NCBI GenBank assembly: GCA_002067365.1 | Contig: MVRK01000028.1 | Location: forward strand, 1,362 to 65,361 | Reading direction: 5' to 3' | Source of the DNA: Methanosaeta sp. PtaU1.Bin060 | GTDB lineage: Archaea; Halobacteriota; Methanosarcinia; Methanotrichales; Methanotrichaceae | DNA: 64,000 nt | Part shown: positions 8,201 through 16,884 of the stretch, in pieces | Layout: each line of letters opens with the position of its first letter | How positions within the stretch are numbered: the first letter of the stretch is position 1 | The notes under the pieces: model-generated | What the model was told of the DNA's origin: nothing | What the model saw: the letters and a program-made list of their open reading frames with translations, nothing else | The model's database searches: none | Made by a program: the position numbers and the translations under genes

Positions 8201-9244
8201 CTAGCAGCTCCTCCCCTCTTTCAGATCCCCCTCGTCCACCAGCATATCCCACTCCTCCACGTCGGGCTCCTCCCCTGGCCTGATGAGCCCGTTGGCGATC
8301 CTGTGGCACTCCATCTGAATGGTGTTGCGGGTCTTCACATTGCGGCCCCGGTAGGCGATCGTCTCCTCCAGGGCCTTGTTCACCGCCTCGATCAGCGCCG
8401 CCTTTCCATCCTTGGAGAGGCCGACACCCTGCTCCAGCGGCTCGAAGAACTCATCCTTCACCATCCTCCTGCTGAAGAGATAGATCACCGGCTCATCGAT
8501 GTAGATGCGAAACATCTCGATGATGTCGAAGACCAGCGACATCTTGTTGTAGGAGTCGGTATGCAGAAACCCGACATAGGGATCGAGGCCCGAGATTATG
8601 CAGGCTTTCTCCACCAGTGAGTAGAGGATGCCGTAACCGTAGTTGAGGAGAGCATTGAACTCGTCTTTCGCCGGATTCCTGCTCCTCCCAGCGAACCTGT
8701 ACTTCTCGGGCATGACCATCGAGATCGCCTCGAAGTAGGCCCGCGAGGCCCTGCCCTCCAGGCCCAGCATATCCTGCCGCTTGGCTTCAATCGTACCTCG
8801 CAGGCGCTTCATTCGTTCTCTAGATTCGGAGATATCATCGATATATCGATCCAGCTCGCCTCTCTTTTCATCTCTCGTTTTCCTCAATCTCTCTAGCAGT
8901 TTTATCTGATTGTCTAACTTCTTTAGACCCCATTCCTTAACAAGGTTCAAGCCCTCAGAATTTTCATATATCTCCAATTGCTTTCTTCTGATCAGAGTCG
9001 TGCTCCCAAGCTTGGGATGCCACACTCTTCCATAGGGCTCCCCGTAGGCGTTGAGAAAGACTATGTCGATATTGTTATCCACTGCAAGTTTAATGGCATC
9101 TGTCGTAACGGATGCAGCTGTTGTAATCAGGATGCTGTTGATTTTACCGACTGCAACCTCAAAGCTTTTATCATCTCGCTTAACCTGAAAACAATTTCCA
9201 TTCTTTCTGAGATATGAGCCGTAGCTATTGATCACAAGCTGCAT
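8201..9244 (-). CDS. cas1: Cas1 integrase
   Basis: The N-terminal beta domain begins LVINSYGSYLRKNGNCFQV. The catalytic alpha domain carries NALLNYGYGILYS, GFLHTDSYNKMSLVFDIIEMFR. 347 aa. Confidence 0.9.
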   Translation of the reverse strand: MQLVINSYGSYLRKNGNCFQVKRDDKSFEVAVGKINSILITTAASVTTDAIKLAVDNNIDIVFLNAYGEPYGRVWHPKLGSTTLIRRKQLEIYENSEGLNLVKEWGLKKLDNQIKLLERLRKTRDEKRGELDRYIDDISESRERMKRLRGTIEAKRQDMLGLEGRASRAYFEAISMVMPEKYRFAGRSRNPAKDEFNALLNYGYGILYSLVEKACIISGLDPYVGFLHTDSYNKMSLVFDIIEMFRIYIDEPVIYLFSRRMVKDEFFEPLEQGVGLSKDGKAALIEAVNKALEETIAYRGRNVKTRNTIQMECHRIANGLIRPGEEPDVEEWDMLVDEGDLKEGRSC

Positions 9245-9353
9245 TTTTGCCTCAGCAGATCCTATCGTCTCTTCAGATCTCTTTGATTATTAAACTAACC
9301 CAGAGTGTTGCGAAAGTAATCTGTTATGCATCAAGAGAGAATTAAATTGAATG

Positions 9354-9380
9354 ATTATAAAATAATTAATTTAAATAAAG
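9354..9380 (-). promoter_or_regulatory. AT-rich tract with TATA-like boxes, candidate cas operon promoter
   Basis: The minus strand reads TTTATTTAAATTAATTATTTTATAATC, about 110-135 nt upstream of the cas1 ATG, in an otherwise GC-rich neighbourhood. Confidence 0.35.
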
Positions 9381-9402
9381 AATGTGCGGGGATTCACTTC
9401 AT

Positions 9403-9422
9403 CCCCGACCTGAAGGTCGGGG
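9403..9422. other. Perfect 8-bp stem / 4-nt loop hairpin (CCCCGACC-TGAA-GGTCGGGG)
   Basis: Read directly from the sequence. It is nested inside a GTGCGG(9384-9389)/CCGCAC(9436-9441) outer pair and overlaps an alternative GGGGAT/ATCCCC helix. Confidence 0.6.
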
Positions 9423-9469
9423 TATTCGTGACCCTCCGCACTCCCGATGTAATAGCACTGGCATCTGCC

Positions 9470-9476
9470 AAAAAAA
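9470..9476 (-). terminator. Oligo-T (T7) archaeal-type terminator after ftr
   Basis: The minus strand reads ...GCTTTCTGCTTTTTTTGGCAG, about 22 nt after the ftr TAG stop. Confidence 0.5.
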
Positions 9477-9497
9477 GCAGAAAGCCGGAATAAGCTT

Positions 9498-10394
9498 CTA
9501 CTTCATTATCTCCAGAAGCTTGAACTGATGCGGCCCGAGCTTTCCTCCGAAGTTCGCAGCAGTGATCTTCAGGACTCCTGGCACTGTGCATGCTGCCCTG
9601 ATTCCAGCCCTCATCGACTCCTCGATCGCCTCGCGGCTGACCCCATTGATGACTATCTCGTAGCCGGCCTTGACCTCCAAAGGCAGGGCGCAGGTGCCGT
9701 CCTCCCGCAGCGAAGGGCAGTAGGCTGTGTTGGTCGATGCCTTCAGGAACTTGTACTTCGATCCGACCTTCGAGCCGCTGGCAACTATGCCCCCGGGAAA
9801 GGGCGTGATAGTTCCCTTGAGCCTTCCAATCTCGTCCACAGCCACCTCGGCTGCAGTCAAGGCCGCAGCCTGATTGTCTCCCAGGATGTAGAAGTTGCCG
9901 CCCGCGATGCCGTCCACCGCCCCGATAGTCTCATCGATCACGAAATCCCCGGACATGAGAGGTATCTTCCAGAACTTCTTTCCAAGGTAATCGATCTGCT
10001 TCTCGTAGCCGTCTCCGAAGAACTTCAGCTTCTTGCCCGTATCGAACTGCTTCTCAGCCCCAGGCAGCCCGTTGAAGACAGCAGTGGTGGGGGCGGTCAG
10101 GACACACTGGCCGATTCGAAAGAGCAGCGATGTCTCCAGGTTCTTGTAGCCCATGTTGCAGATCTGGATGTAGACTCCTGGCCTTCCGTCGGGCGTCTCG
10201 CTCGCCGGGACAGCGCACTCGATTCCCGCCTCTGCAGGACAACCTATCACAGACGTTCCAAAGCCTGTGGCCTCGCGCGCTGCTGCAAGTGCCCAGCGCT
10301 CGTCTATCGCGGTTATAAGCACCCTTGCCACCTTTATGGGAAACGCCTCGGCAAAGGTGTCATCAATCTGCACGCCTTTGATCTCCATTATCAT
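9498..10394 (-). CDS. ftr: Formylmethanofuran--tetrahydromethanopterin N-formyltransferase
   Basis: The full-length match includes EIKGVQIDDTFAEAFPIKVARVLITA, GFGTSVIGCPAEAGIE and ITAANFGGKLGPHQF. The start overlaps the purO stop as ATGA. Confidence 0.9.
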   Translation of the reverse strand: MIMEIKGVQIDDTFAEAFPIKVARVLITAIDERWALAAAREATGFGTSVIGCPAEAGIECAVPASETPDGRPGVYIQICNMGYKNLETSLLFRIGQCVLTAPTTAVFNGLPGAEKQFDTGKKLKFFGDGYEKQIDYLGKKFWKIPLMSGDFVIDETIGAVDGIAGGNFYILGDNQAAALTAAEVAVDEIGRLKGTITPFPGGIVASGSKVGSKYKFLKASTNTAYCPSLREDGTCALPLEVKAGYEIVINGVSREAIEESMRAGIRAACTVPGVLKITAANFGGKLGPHQFKLLEIMK

Positions 10395-11035
10395 CCCTCT
10401 TTGGTTGGATTGTAAACTGCCAGCTCAAACCCGCTCCCCATCCTCTCGCCGCCTTCTTTTTGGCCCAGCCCCTCGGGCGCCAGGGCAGCGGCTGCACAGA
10501 CAGGCCTCTCGAAAGGCAGATCGAAGGCCCCGTGGGCGAGCATTGCGGCGCTGTCGTCGCTGAGGCCAACCGCATCGAAGTCCGTCTTCTCGTAGGTGGC
10601 GACCATGAAGGCATCGCCATCCCTGAGGCGGAACTCCTTGACCCGGATCTCGCCCCTCTTCGCAATCCCGAGGTATGCCGTCCTTCCCCTCACAGCCCCT
10701 GCCAGGCGCGGCGTGTCCAGCTCGTCCCTCTCGTAGCCGAAGGCGACAAGGCAGAGCGCAATGGCATCGAAGGGCTTTTGTCCGTCCTCGATCCTCTCCG
10801 CGATCATGTCGGTATGTGTTCCATTGGTTACGATCGCCGCATCGTCCAGGACTCGAATGCAATTGTAGGCGATGTAGGGATTCCTGGCCAGATCAGCCGG
10901 ATTCATAGGCGAGACCAGGATGCTCCTCTCCCTGATCTCGGCCCTGCGGTTCGGAAAGGAGCGCGAGGAGACCCTGTAGGCTGCAAAGCTCCTTCCTTTG
11001 CTCCTGCCCACAGCCACTATCCTGCCGACATACAT
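10391..11035 (-). CDS. purO: Archaeal IMP cyclohydrolase
   Basis: MYVGRIVAVGRSKGRSFAAYRVSSRSFPNR...NPYIAYNCIRV is the PurO signature. Confidence 0.85.
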   Translation of the reverse strand: MYVGRIVAVGRSKGRSFAAYRVSSRSFPNRRAEIRERSILVSPMNPADLARNPYIAYNCIRVLDDAAIVTNGTHTDMIAERIEDGQKPFDAIALCLVAFGYERDELDTPRLAGAVRGRTAYLGIAKRGEIRVKEFRLRDGDAFMVATYEKTDFDAVGLSDDSAAMLAHGAFDLPFERPVCAAAALAPEGLGQKEGGERMGSGFELAVYNPTKEG

Positions 11036-11039
11036 CCTT

Positions 11040-11915
11040 TTAGTCCACTAGCCTGTACTTTGCGATGTTCGCATCTGCAATCGCCTGGATCTGCTTCAGC
11101 ATCTCGCCGCCATCAGGCATCTTGAAGAGGTGCCTGTACCTGCCCTGCAGCTTGAGGTACTCATCGACAGGCTTTGGCCTCGTCACCTTCTTCACTTGAC
11201 CGACCACTCCGTTCTCCCATTCGACCAGCGGCCACAATCCTGTCTCGACTGCGAGACGCGCTATCTCGACCATCGTGCCCGCATCGAATGTCCAGCCGGT
11301 TATGCACGGGGCATTCACCTGAATGTAGGACGGCCCGCTGACCTGCAGCGCCTTCTTGACCTTCCTGCGCAGATCCACAGGATATGCCACAGAGGCGGTG
11401 GCGACGTATGGGACCCTGTGAGCCACAGCTATCGCCGGCATATCCTTCTTCGGCCTCGGATTTCCCAGGGATATCTTGCCCGAAGGGGTCGTGGTGGTAT
11501 TGGCGCAGAAGGGCGTAGATCCGCTGCGCTGCACTCCAGTATTCATGTAGGCCTCATTGTCGTAGCAGACGTAGAGGACCTTATGGCCGCGCTCGAACAT
11601 ACCGGAGTTTGAGCCCATGCCGATATCCAATGTGCTGCCGTCCCCGCCTATCACTATCACATTTGCATCCTTGCATCTTCGCTTCAGCATCACCTCGACT
11701 CCCGAGGCCACAGCTGCCGCATTCTCGAAGAGGGAGTGAATCCAGGGAACACACCAGGCGCTCTCCGGGAAGGGAGTGGTGGTGACCTCCAGGCAGCCCG
11801 TCGGCGAGACAACAATGGTGTTTGGGCCCGCAGCATCCAGAACGAGCTTGATCGTTGTAGGCATAGCGCAGCCTGCGCAGGCCCTGTGTCCCGGTGCAAG
11901 CAGTGATTTTTCCAT
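11040..11915 (-). CDS. porB: Pyruvate (2-oxoacid):ferredoxin oxidoreductase beta subunit (TPP-binding)
   Basis: APGHRACAGCAMP...VIGGDGSTLDIGM...YVCYDNEAYMNTG. It is the last gene of a gamma-delta-alpha-beta operon. Confidence 0.85.
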   Translation of the reverse strand: MEKSLLAPGHRACAGCAMPTTIKLVLDAAGPNTIVVSPTGCLEVTTTPFPESAWCVPWIHSLFENAAAVASGVEVMLKRRCKDANVIVIGGDGSTLDIGMGSNSGMFERGHKVLYVCYDNEAYMNTGVQRSGSTPFCANTTTTPSGKISLGNPRPKKDMPAIAVAHRVPYVATASVAYPVDLRRKVKKALQVSGPSYIQVNAPCITGWTFDAGTMVEIARLAVETGLWPLVEWENGVVGQVKKVTRPKPVDEYLKLQGRYRHLFKMPDGGEMLKQIQAIADANIAKYRLVD

Positions 11916-11929
11916 TTCTTCATCTCCTC

Positions 11930-13186
11930 CTAAAGGATCTCCGTTCTCAGGCTGAGGAACTCGAACTCCGACTCGATTCCTTTCATGGCAGCCTCCGCCT
12001 TCTTCACGAGCTTCTCTATGTCATTGATGGTGATATCCCGGCCACCGAGGCCCGCTGTGAAGCCGATGATCGGCGGATGAATGCTGCTGTTGTAGAAGGC
12101 GGCCTTCATATCCGCCAGAAGGCCAGCCTCGCCGCCTATGGAGACATCCTTCTCCAGGACAGCGATGATGCTCGCTTTCTTCAGGGCCTCTCTAAGCGCC
12201 GCGACGGGGAAGGGCCTGTAGCACCTGACCTTGACCAATCCCACCTTCTTGCCCTCTGCCCTCATGGAGTCTATGGCGTCCTTGATGGTCCCTATCACAG
12301 AGCCGAGGGTCACTATTACTATCTCGGCATCATCCGCGCGATAGCTGTCCACAAGCCCGCCATAGAACCTCCCGAATGTCTCCTCGAACTCCCTGGCGGT
12401 CCGCTCGATCTTGGCCAGGGCTTTATTCTGTGCCTCGAACTGCAGGTACCTGAACTCAGTGTAGGTCGATGGATCTGCGAAGGCACCGAAGGTCTTCGGG
12501 TCAGCAGTGTCCAGGATGCTTCTCGGCGCGAAGGGAGGCAGGAACTCGCTGGCAAGCTCTTGATCCAGCAGCTTTACAGGCTCGTATACATGCGTCAGGA
12601 TGAATCCGTCCATGCAAACCATGGTGGGCGTCATGATCTCGGGATCCTCTGCGATCTTATACGCCTGAAGGGTTGCGTCCACAGCCTCCTGCACGTCCTC
12701 GACATAGATCTGCAGCCATCCGACATCACGGGCGCCGATCGAATCCTGCTGGTCGTTCCAGATGTTCAGCGGCGCTCCCAGGGCCCTGTTGGCCACATTC
12801 ATGACTATGGGCAGCCTCATGCCTGAGACGTTGTAAAGCACCTCGTACATCAGGGCCAGGCCCTGGCTGGTGGTCGAGGAGTAGCATCTACCACCGCATG
12901 CGCTCGATCCCACGAGGACTGAGAGGGCCGAGAACTCTGAATCCACAGTCAAAAACTCGCTGTCCATCTCGCCGTTAGCCACCATCTGGGAGAGATGCTC
13001 CACGATGTGTGTCTGGGGCGTTATGGGATAGGCGGATATGACATCCGGGCGGCAGCACTTCACAGCGTGGGCCACCGCGTAGGAGCCCTCTACGACCTTC
13101 ATCCCCAGAGTCTTCGTCGTCTTTTCACCACGAGCCTTCGGCGACTGGCCCTGGCTCGCGCTGCTTGCCACGCCTTTCATCATCAC
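11930..13186 (-). CDS. porA: Pyruvate (2-oxoacid):ferredoxin oxidoreductase alpha subunit
   Basis: VVEGSYAVAHAVKCCRPDVISAYPITPQTHIVE.... The start is either the ATGA overlap with porD at 13186 or the internal MKVVEG. Confidence 0.85.
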   Translation of the reverse strand: MMMKGVASSASQGQSPKARGEKTTKTLGMKVVEGSYAVAHAVKCCRPDVISAYPITPQTHIVEHLSQMVANGEMDSEFLTVDSEFSALSVLVGSSACGGRCYSSTTSQGLALMYEVLYNVSGMRLPIVMNVANRALGAPLNIWNDQQDSIGARDVGWLQIYVEDVQEAVDATLQAYKIAEDPEIMTPTMVCMDGFILTHVYEPVKLLDQELASEFLPPFAPRSILDTADPKTFGAFADPSTYTEFRYLQFEAQNKALAKIERTAREFEETFGRFYGGLVDSYRADDAEIVIVTLGSVIGTIKDAIDSMRAEGKKVGLVKVRCYRPFPVAALREALKKASIIAVLEKDVSIGGEAGLLADMKAAFYNSSIHPPIIGFTAGLGGRDITINDIEKLVKKAEAAMKGIESEFEFLSLRTEIL

Positions 13187-13512
13187 TTCTCCTCCAGGAC
13201 CATTTCAATCGCCCTTCTCGGGCATTCGTGGGCGCAGACGCTGCAGCCCTTGCAGTAGTTCAGATCGGGAATGAAGACGGTCTCATCCTTCGGCAGATCT
13301 GCGATCTGCTCTGGGGTATAGGCATACGCCCTCAAGGTCTTCACGTCGTTGCTCTGAACCTGATGGATGCATCCCTCGGGACAGTAGATCTCGCAGAGGT
13401 TGCACTTGATGCACTTCTTGTGATCGACCACCGGCACGAAGGTCCGCCAGGCACCTGTCAGCGTAATCCGGGTGCTGCACGGTTCAACCAATCTGCCTGC
13501 CTTTATCTCCAT
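13183..13512 (-). CDS. porD: Pyruvate:ferredoxin oxidoreductase delta subunit (2 x [4Fe-4S])
   Basis: Two CxxCxxCxxxCP motifs (CIKCNLCEIYCP and CKGCSVCAHECP), separated by a linker that looks unusually long (about 40 aa). Confidence 0.8.
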   Translation of the reverse strand: MEIKAGRLVEPCSTRITLTGAWRTFVPVVDHKKCIKCNLCEIYCPEGCIHQVQSNDVKTLRAYAYTPEQIADLPKDETVFIPDLNYCKGCSVCAHECPRRAIEMVLEEK

Positions 13513-14048
13513 TAAGAAACCCTCTCATAGGCTGTTTTGATGGCGAGCAGGTTCTTCTTGCCCAACTCTCCGTGGAAGCGCTCGGAGATCGCCTTGTTCA
13601 GGCTCTCCTGAGTCACCTCTTTTGTCGCTCCGGCAAATGCCCCTAGCATTGTGGTGTTGACTATGGGCCGCCCCAAAATCTCCATGGCGATCTTGGTGGC
13701 GTCGATGGTGACGACCTCGGCCCTGGTGTCGAGCTTTAGGCTCTCCTTCGGACGGTCTGTGTTGATTATTATCTTCCCGCCGGATTTCAGCCCGCTGGCG
13801 ACATCCACCACATCTAGGAGGGATACGTCCTGGACGACAACATAATCCGGATCGTAGATCTGGCTTCTTATCCTGATGGGCCGGTCCGCGATCCTCGCAA
13901 AGGCCATGACCGGCGCACCCCTCCGTTCCACTCCGAAGGCGGGAAATGCCTGGGAGAACCTCTTATCCTCAAAAGCCGCAACGGCTATCAGTTCGGCCGC
14001 AGTTACAGATCCCTGCCCTCCACGACCGTGCAAACGAATCTCTTTCAA
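13512..14048 (-). CDS. porG: Pyruvate:ferredoxin oxidoreductase gamma subunit
   Basis: [26 protein letters not shown]...GVERRGAPV is the gamma-subunit signature. Confidence 0.85.
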   Translation of the reverse strand: MKEIRLHGRGGQGSVTAAELIAVAAFEDKRFSQAFPAFGVERRGAPVMAFARIADRPIRIRSQIYDPDYVVVQDVSLLDVVDVASGLKSGGKIIINTDRPKESLKLDTRAEVVTIDATKIAMEILGRPIVNTTMLGAFAGATKEVTQESLNKAISERFHGELGKKNLLAIKTAYERVS

Positions 14049-14215
14049 CCGATCTGACCTCCTCTCAAAACTGCCAAGATCTCCACTTCACCGCGAAAAA
14101 GATACGAGGAGATATAGCTCTTTCGGAGCCGCGCCAGGTTCTTATCCATGATGCCATACAATTGTAGTGATTAAGTCGTTGGCACAGAAAAAACCAGCAC
14201 TTGAAGGACTAGTTC

Positions 14216-14896
14216 ATGGACAATAAGAATGAGATTCTGTTTGCCGTAAGGGAGGTCAGGAGAAATCTCAAGGATACAGAGGACTTTCGCGTCGCAGACA
14301 TACTCGCAGTCTTCGAGGGTATAGCGCCTTTCCTTGACAAGGGGACAGTCATCAGCATTAAGTGCAAGGGATGCGACAACTACGCTCAGTCTTTCTTCCC
14401 CCTTAAACACGATTTCGTCGCTGTGGATAAAAGCGAGTACTGTCACGCCAAGGAGGCATCACTGAAGAATATCTCGGCCCTGAAACTTGCGGGATGCCCT
14501 GAATACTCCAGCAGCTCTCAGGAGGAGCTTTTCGCCCTCGCCAACACCATCCTAGAGGAGGATCTCAGGCCAGCCTTCGCTGAGAGGAAGCTATACGACA
14601 GGTCCAAGTTCGCCAGCTATAGCGTCTCCTTCTGCCTGGAGAAGAGCAATGGGAATGTCTGCATCGAGTTCGGGCGCATGACCAAGGAGGGCTTCCTTGG
14701 AGGAGACATCAAGCTCTACCTGGTGAGGAGACTCGACCCGGGATTCGGGGCAGCCTCCCAGAAGATCGCTGATGCCATCAAGAGCGGGCCTGTTATGGTC
14801 GTCGATGCTAGCCTTCAGACGAGAAGGCCTCTTGATATAGACTATGTGCTCGAGTGGATTGCCAAAAAGCGAAAGATGGATATAGTATATCTTTAG
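14216..14896 (+). CDS. Hypothetical protein (226 aa) upstream of the PIN-ATPase-KH gene
   Basis: Long ORF with host-like codon bias and no motif I recognise. Confidence 0.5.
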   Translation: MDNKNEILFAVREVRRNLKDTEDFRVADILAVFEGIAPFLDKGTVISIKCKGCDNYAQSFFPLKHDFVAVDKSEYCHAKEASLKNISALKLAGCPEYSSSSQEELFALANTILEEDLRPAFAERKLYDRSKFASYSVSFCLEKSNGNVCIEFGRMTKEGFLGGDIKLYLVRRLDPGFGAASQKIADAIKSGPVMVVDASLQTRRPLDIDYVLEWIAKKRKMDIVYL

Positions 14897-14947
14897 CTCT
14901 CTTTTAGCTTTAGCTGATAATTGATACTTCAAAGGATGTTTTGAACG

Positions 14948-16786
14948 ATGGCGCAACCGTTAGTGCCAGATACCAGCGCTGTGATAGACGGAAGAGTCTC
15001 TGCCAAGATCAAGGCCGGAGAGCTGAAGGGACGTCGTATCGTCGTGCCTGAGGCCGTGGTGGCCGAACTGGAGGCCCAAGCCAATCATGGGCGCGAAATA
15101 GGATTGCGAGGGCTTGATGAGCTGAGAAAGCTCTCTGAGATGGCCAAGGCAGGCAAGATCGAGCTGGAGTACGTAGGTGTCCGGCCCAACCTCGACCAGA
15201 TCAAACTCGCCGGCGGGGGCGAGATCGATGCCATGATCCGCGATGTGGCTCTGGAGCTTGGAGCCTCCTTCCTGACGAGCGATCAGGTTCAGTCCAGGGT
15301 GGCCGCAGCGATGGGATTGGACGTCGAGTACGTCCGGCCGCAGCGCGAGGCGATCAAGCCCCTGACGCTCGAGAAGTACTTCACCGAGGACACCCTCTCA
15401 GTCCACCTCAAGGAGGGGGCAGTGCCCATGGCCAAGCGCGGCAAGGTGGGCGATTTCAGACTGGTACACCTGGGCGAGCGGCCCCTCTCCGAGAGGGAGC
15501 TGAGGGACCTCTCAAGAGAGATCTTCGAGAGGGCGAAGGTCGATCCTGATGGCTATGTGGAGATGGAGAAGATGGGAGCGACGATCATCCAGCTCGGGCC
15601 CATGAGGATAGCCGTCGCCAAGCCGCCATTCTCCGACGGACATGAGATCACAGCAGTTCGGCCCGTCGCCAGGGTGGACTTCGACTCCTATCGCCACAGC
15701 GCTGAGCTGAAGGCGCGCCTGAAGGAGGGACAAAGAGGCATCCTCATCGCCGGGCCACCCGGCTCTGGCAAGTCCACATTCGCAGCGGGCCTGGCAGAAT
15801 ACCTCCTGAAGTGCAGCTATGTGGTCAAGACCCTGGAGTCCCCGCGCGATCTTCAGGTGCCGCCCGAGATAACTCAGTACGCGCCCCTCGAAGGGAGCAT
15901 GGAGGCGTCCGCCGACATCCTTCTCCTCGTTCGACCGGATTACACCATCTACGATGAGGTCCGAAAGACGCGCGACTTTCAGGTCTTTGCTGATATGCGC
16001 CTGGCGGGCGTGGGGATGATCGGCGTTGTGCACGCCAACAAGCCCATCGACGCCCTGCAGCGTCTCTTGGGTCGCGTCGACCTCGGCATGATACCGCAGG
16101 TCGTGGACACAGTAGTCTTCATCGAGAGGGGAGAGGTCACGAGGGTCCTTGATGTGGAGTTCGTTGTCAAGGTGCCATCCGGCATGGTCGAGGCAGATCT
16201 GGCGAGGCCCGTGATCATAGTCAAGGACTTCGAGACGGGAGAAGCTGAGTACGAGATGTACACCTACGGAGAGGAGATCGTCGTGATGCCTGTCTCCAAG
16301 TCCGGCAGGAAGCCCTCCTGGGATCTTGCAATGCGAGAGATCGAGAAGGAGATCTCTCACCATGTGAGGGGTCCCTTCAATGTCGAGATTATCACAGACT
16401 CAAGCGCCGTAATCCATGTTCCTCAGGATGAGGCTGCGAGGGTCATCGGCAAGGCTGGGAAGAACATCGACCAGATCGAGAAGGCTCTTGGGATGCACAT
16501 CGATGTGAGGACGGAGCAGTATAATAGGACTGAGCAATATTCTTCCCGCAAGGCAGATCTCATCGCTCCGCGAATCGAGGAGACCGCCAAGCATCTCATC
16601 ATTTGGGCGGAAGGCCATGAGGGCAGGCCCGTGGAGGTATTCGTGGGTGAGGAGCCGGGCTTCACAGCAACTGTAGGCCGCAGGGGCGACATCCGCATCT
16701 CCAAATCCTCGGCGATGGCGAAAAAGGTCATAAAAAGGATGAAGGCCGGAGAGAGGATCGGTGTCAGAGAGACTGCTCTGGATTGA
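14948..16786 (+). CDS. PIN domain / PilT-like P-loop ATPase / KH domain protein (COG1855-type, archaeal PINA-like)
   Basis: N-terminal PIN (LVPDTSAVIDGR), Walker A (GPPGSGKSTFA) and a C-terminal KH GxxG motif (VIGKAGKNIDQIE). Confidence 0.75.
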   Translation: MAQPLVPDTSAVIDGRVSAKIKAGELKGRRIVVPEAVVAELEAQANHGREIGLRGLDELRKLSEMAKAGKIELEYVGVRPNLDQIKLAGGGEIDAMIRDVALELGASFLTSDQVQSRVAAAMGLDVEYVRPQREAIKPLTLEKYFTEDTLSVHLKEGAVPMAKRGKVGDFRLVHLGERPLSERELRDLSREIFERAKVDPDGYVEMEKMGATIIQLGPMRIAVAKPPFSDGHEITAVRPVARVDFDSYRHSAELKARLKEGQRGILIAGPPGSGKSTFAAGLAEYLLKCSYVVKTLESPRDLQVPPEITQYAPLEGSMEASADILLLVRPDYTIYDEVRKTRDFQVFADMRLAGVGMIGVVHANKPIDALQRLLGRVDLGMIPQVVDTVVFIERGEVTRVLDVEFVVKVPSGMVEADLARPVIIVKDFETGEAEYEMYTYGEEIVVMPVSKSGRKPSWDLAMREIEKEISHHVRGPFNVEIITDSSAVIHVPQDEAARVIGKAGKNIDQIEKALGMHIDVRTEQYNRTEQYSSRKADLIAPRIEETAKHLIIWAEGHEGRPVEVFVGEEPGFTATVGRRGDIRISKSSAMAKKVIKRMKAGERIGVRETALD

Positions 16787-16884
16787 GCGCCCTGCAGCAT
16801 ATCCCCTCAGACGATCTTCTTTTTCCTCGAACAGAACTGAAGAATGAGGAAAGGCCTTCTTTCGCACCCCGCATTCTCTCTTTT

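Noticed and set aside
9245-9497. Possible CRISPR array or leader between cas1 and ftr
   Set aside because: Only one palindromic unit (9384-9441) is present. I could find no second copy or regular spacing, so it cannot be called an array.
9528-10415. 295-aa + ORF opposite ftr, and similar long antisense ORFs (for example 15512..16363 -, 18543..19562 -, 19794..20513 -, 36114..36812 +, 46983..47795 +, 60548..61411 -)
   Set aside because: Each lies opposite a gene with an unambiguous family match. Their products are Arg/Pro/Gly/Ser/Ala/Leu-rich, as is typical of GC-rich antisense frames.
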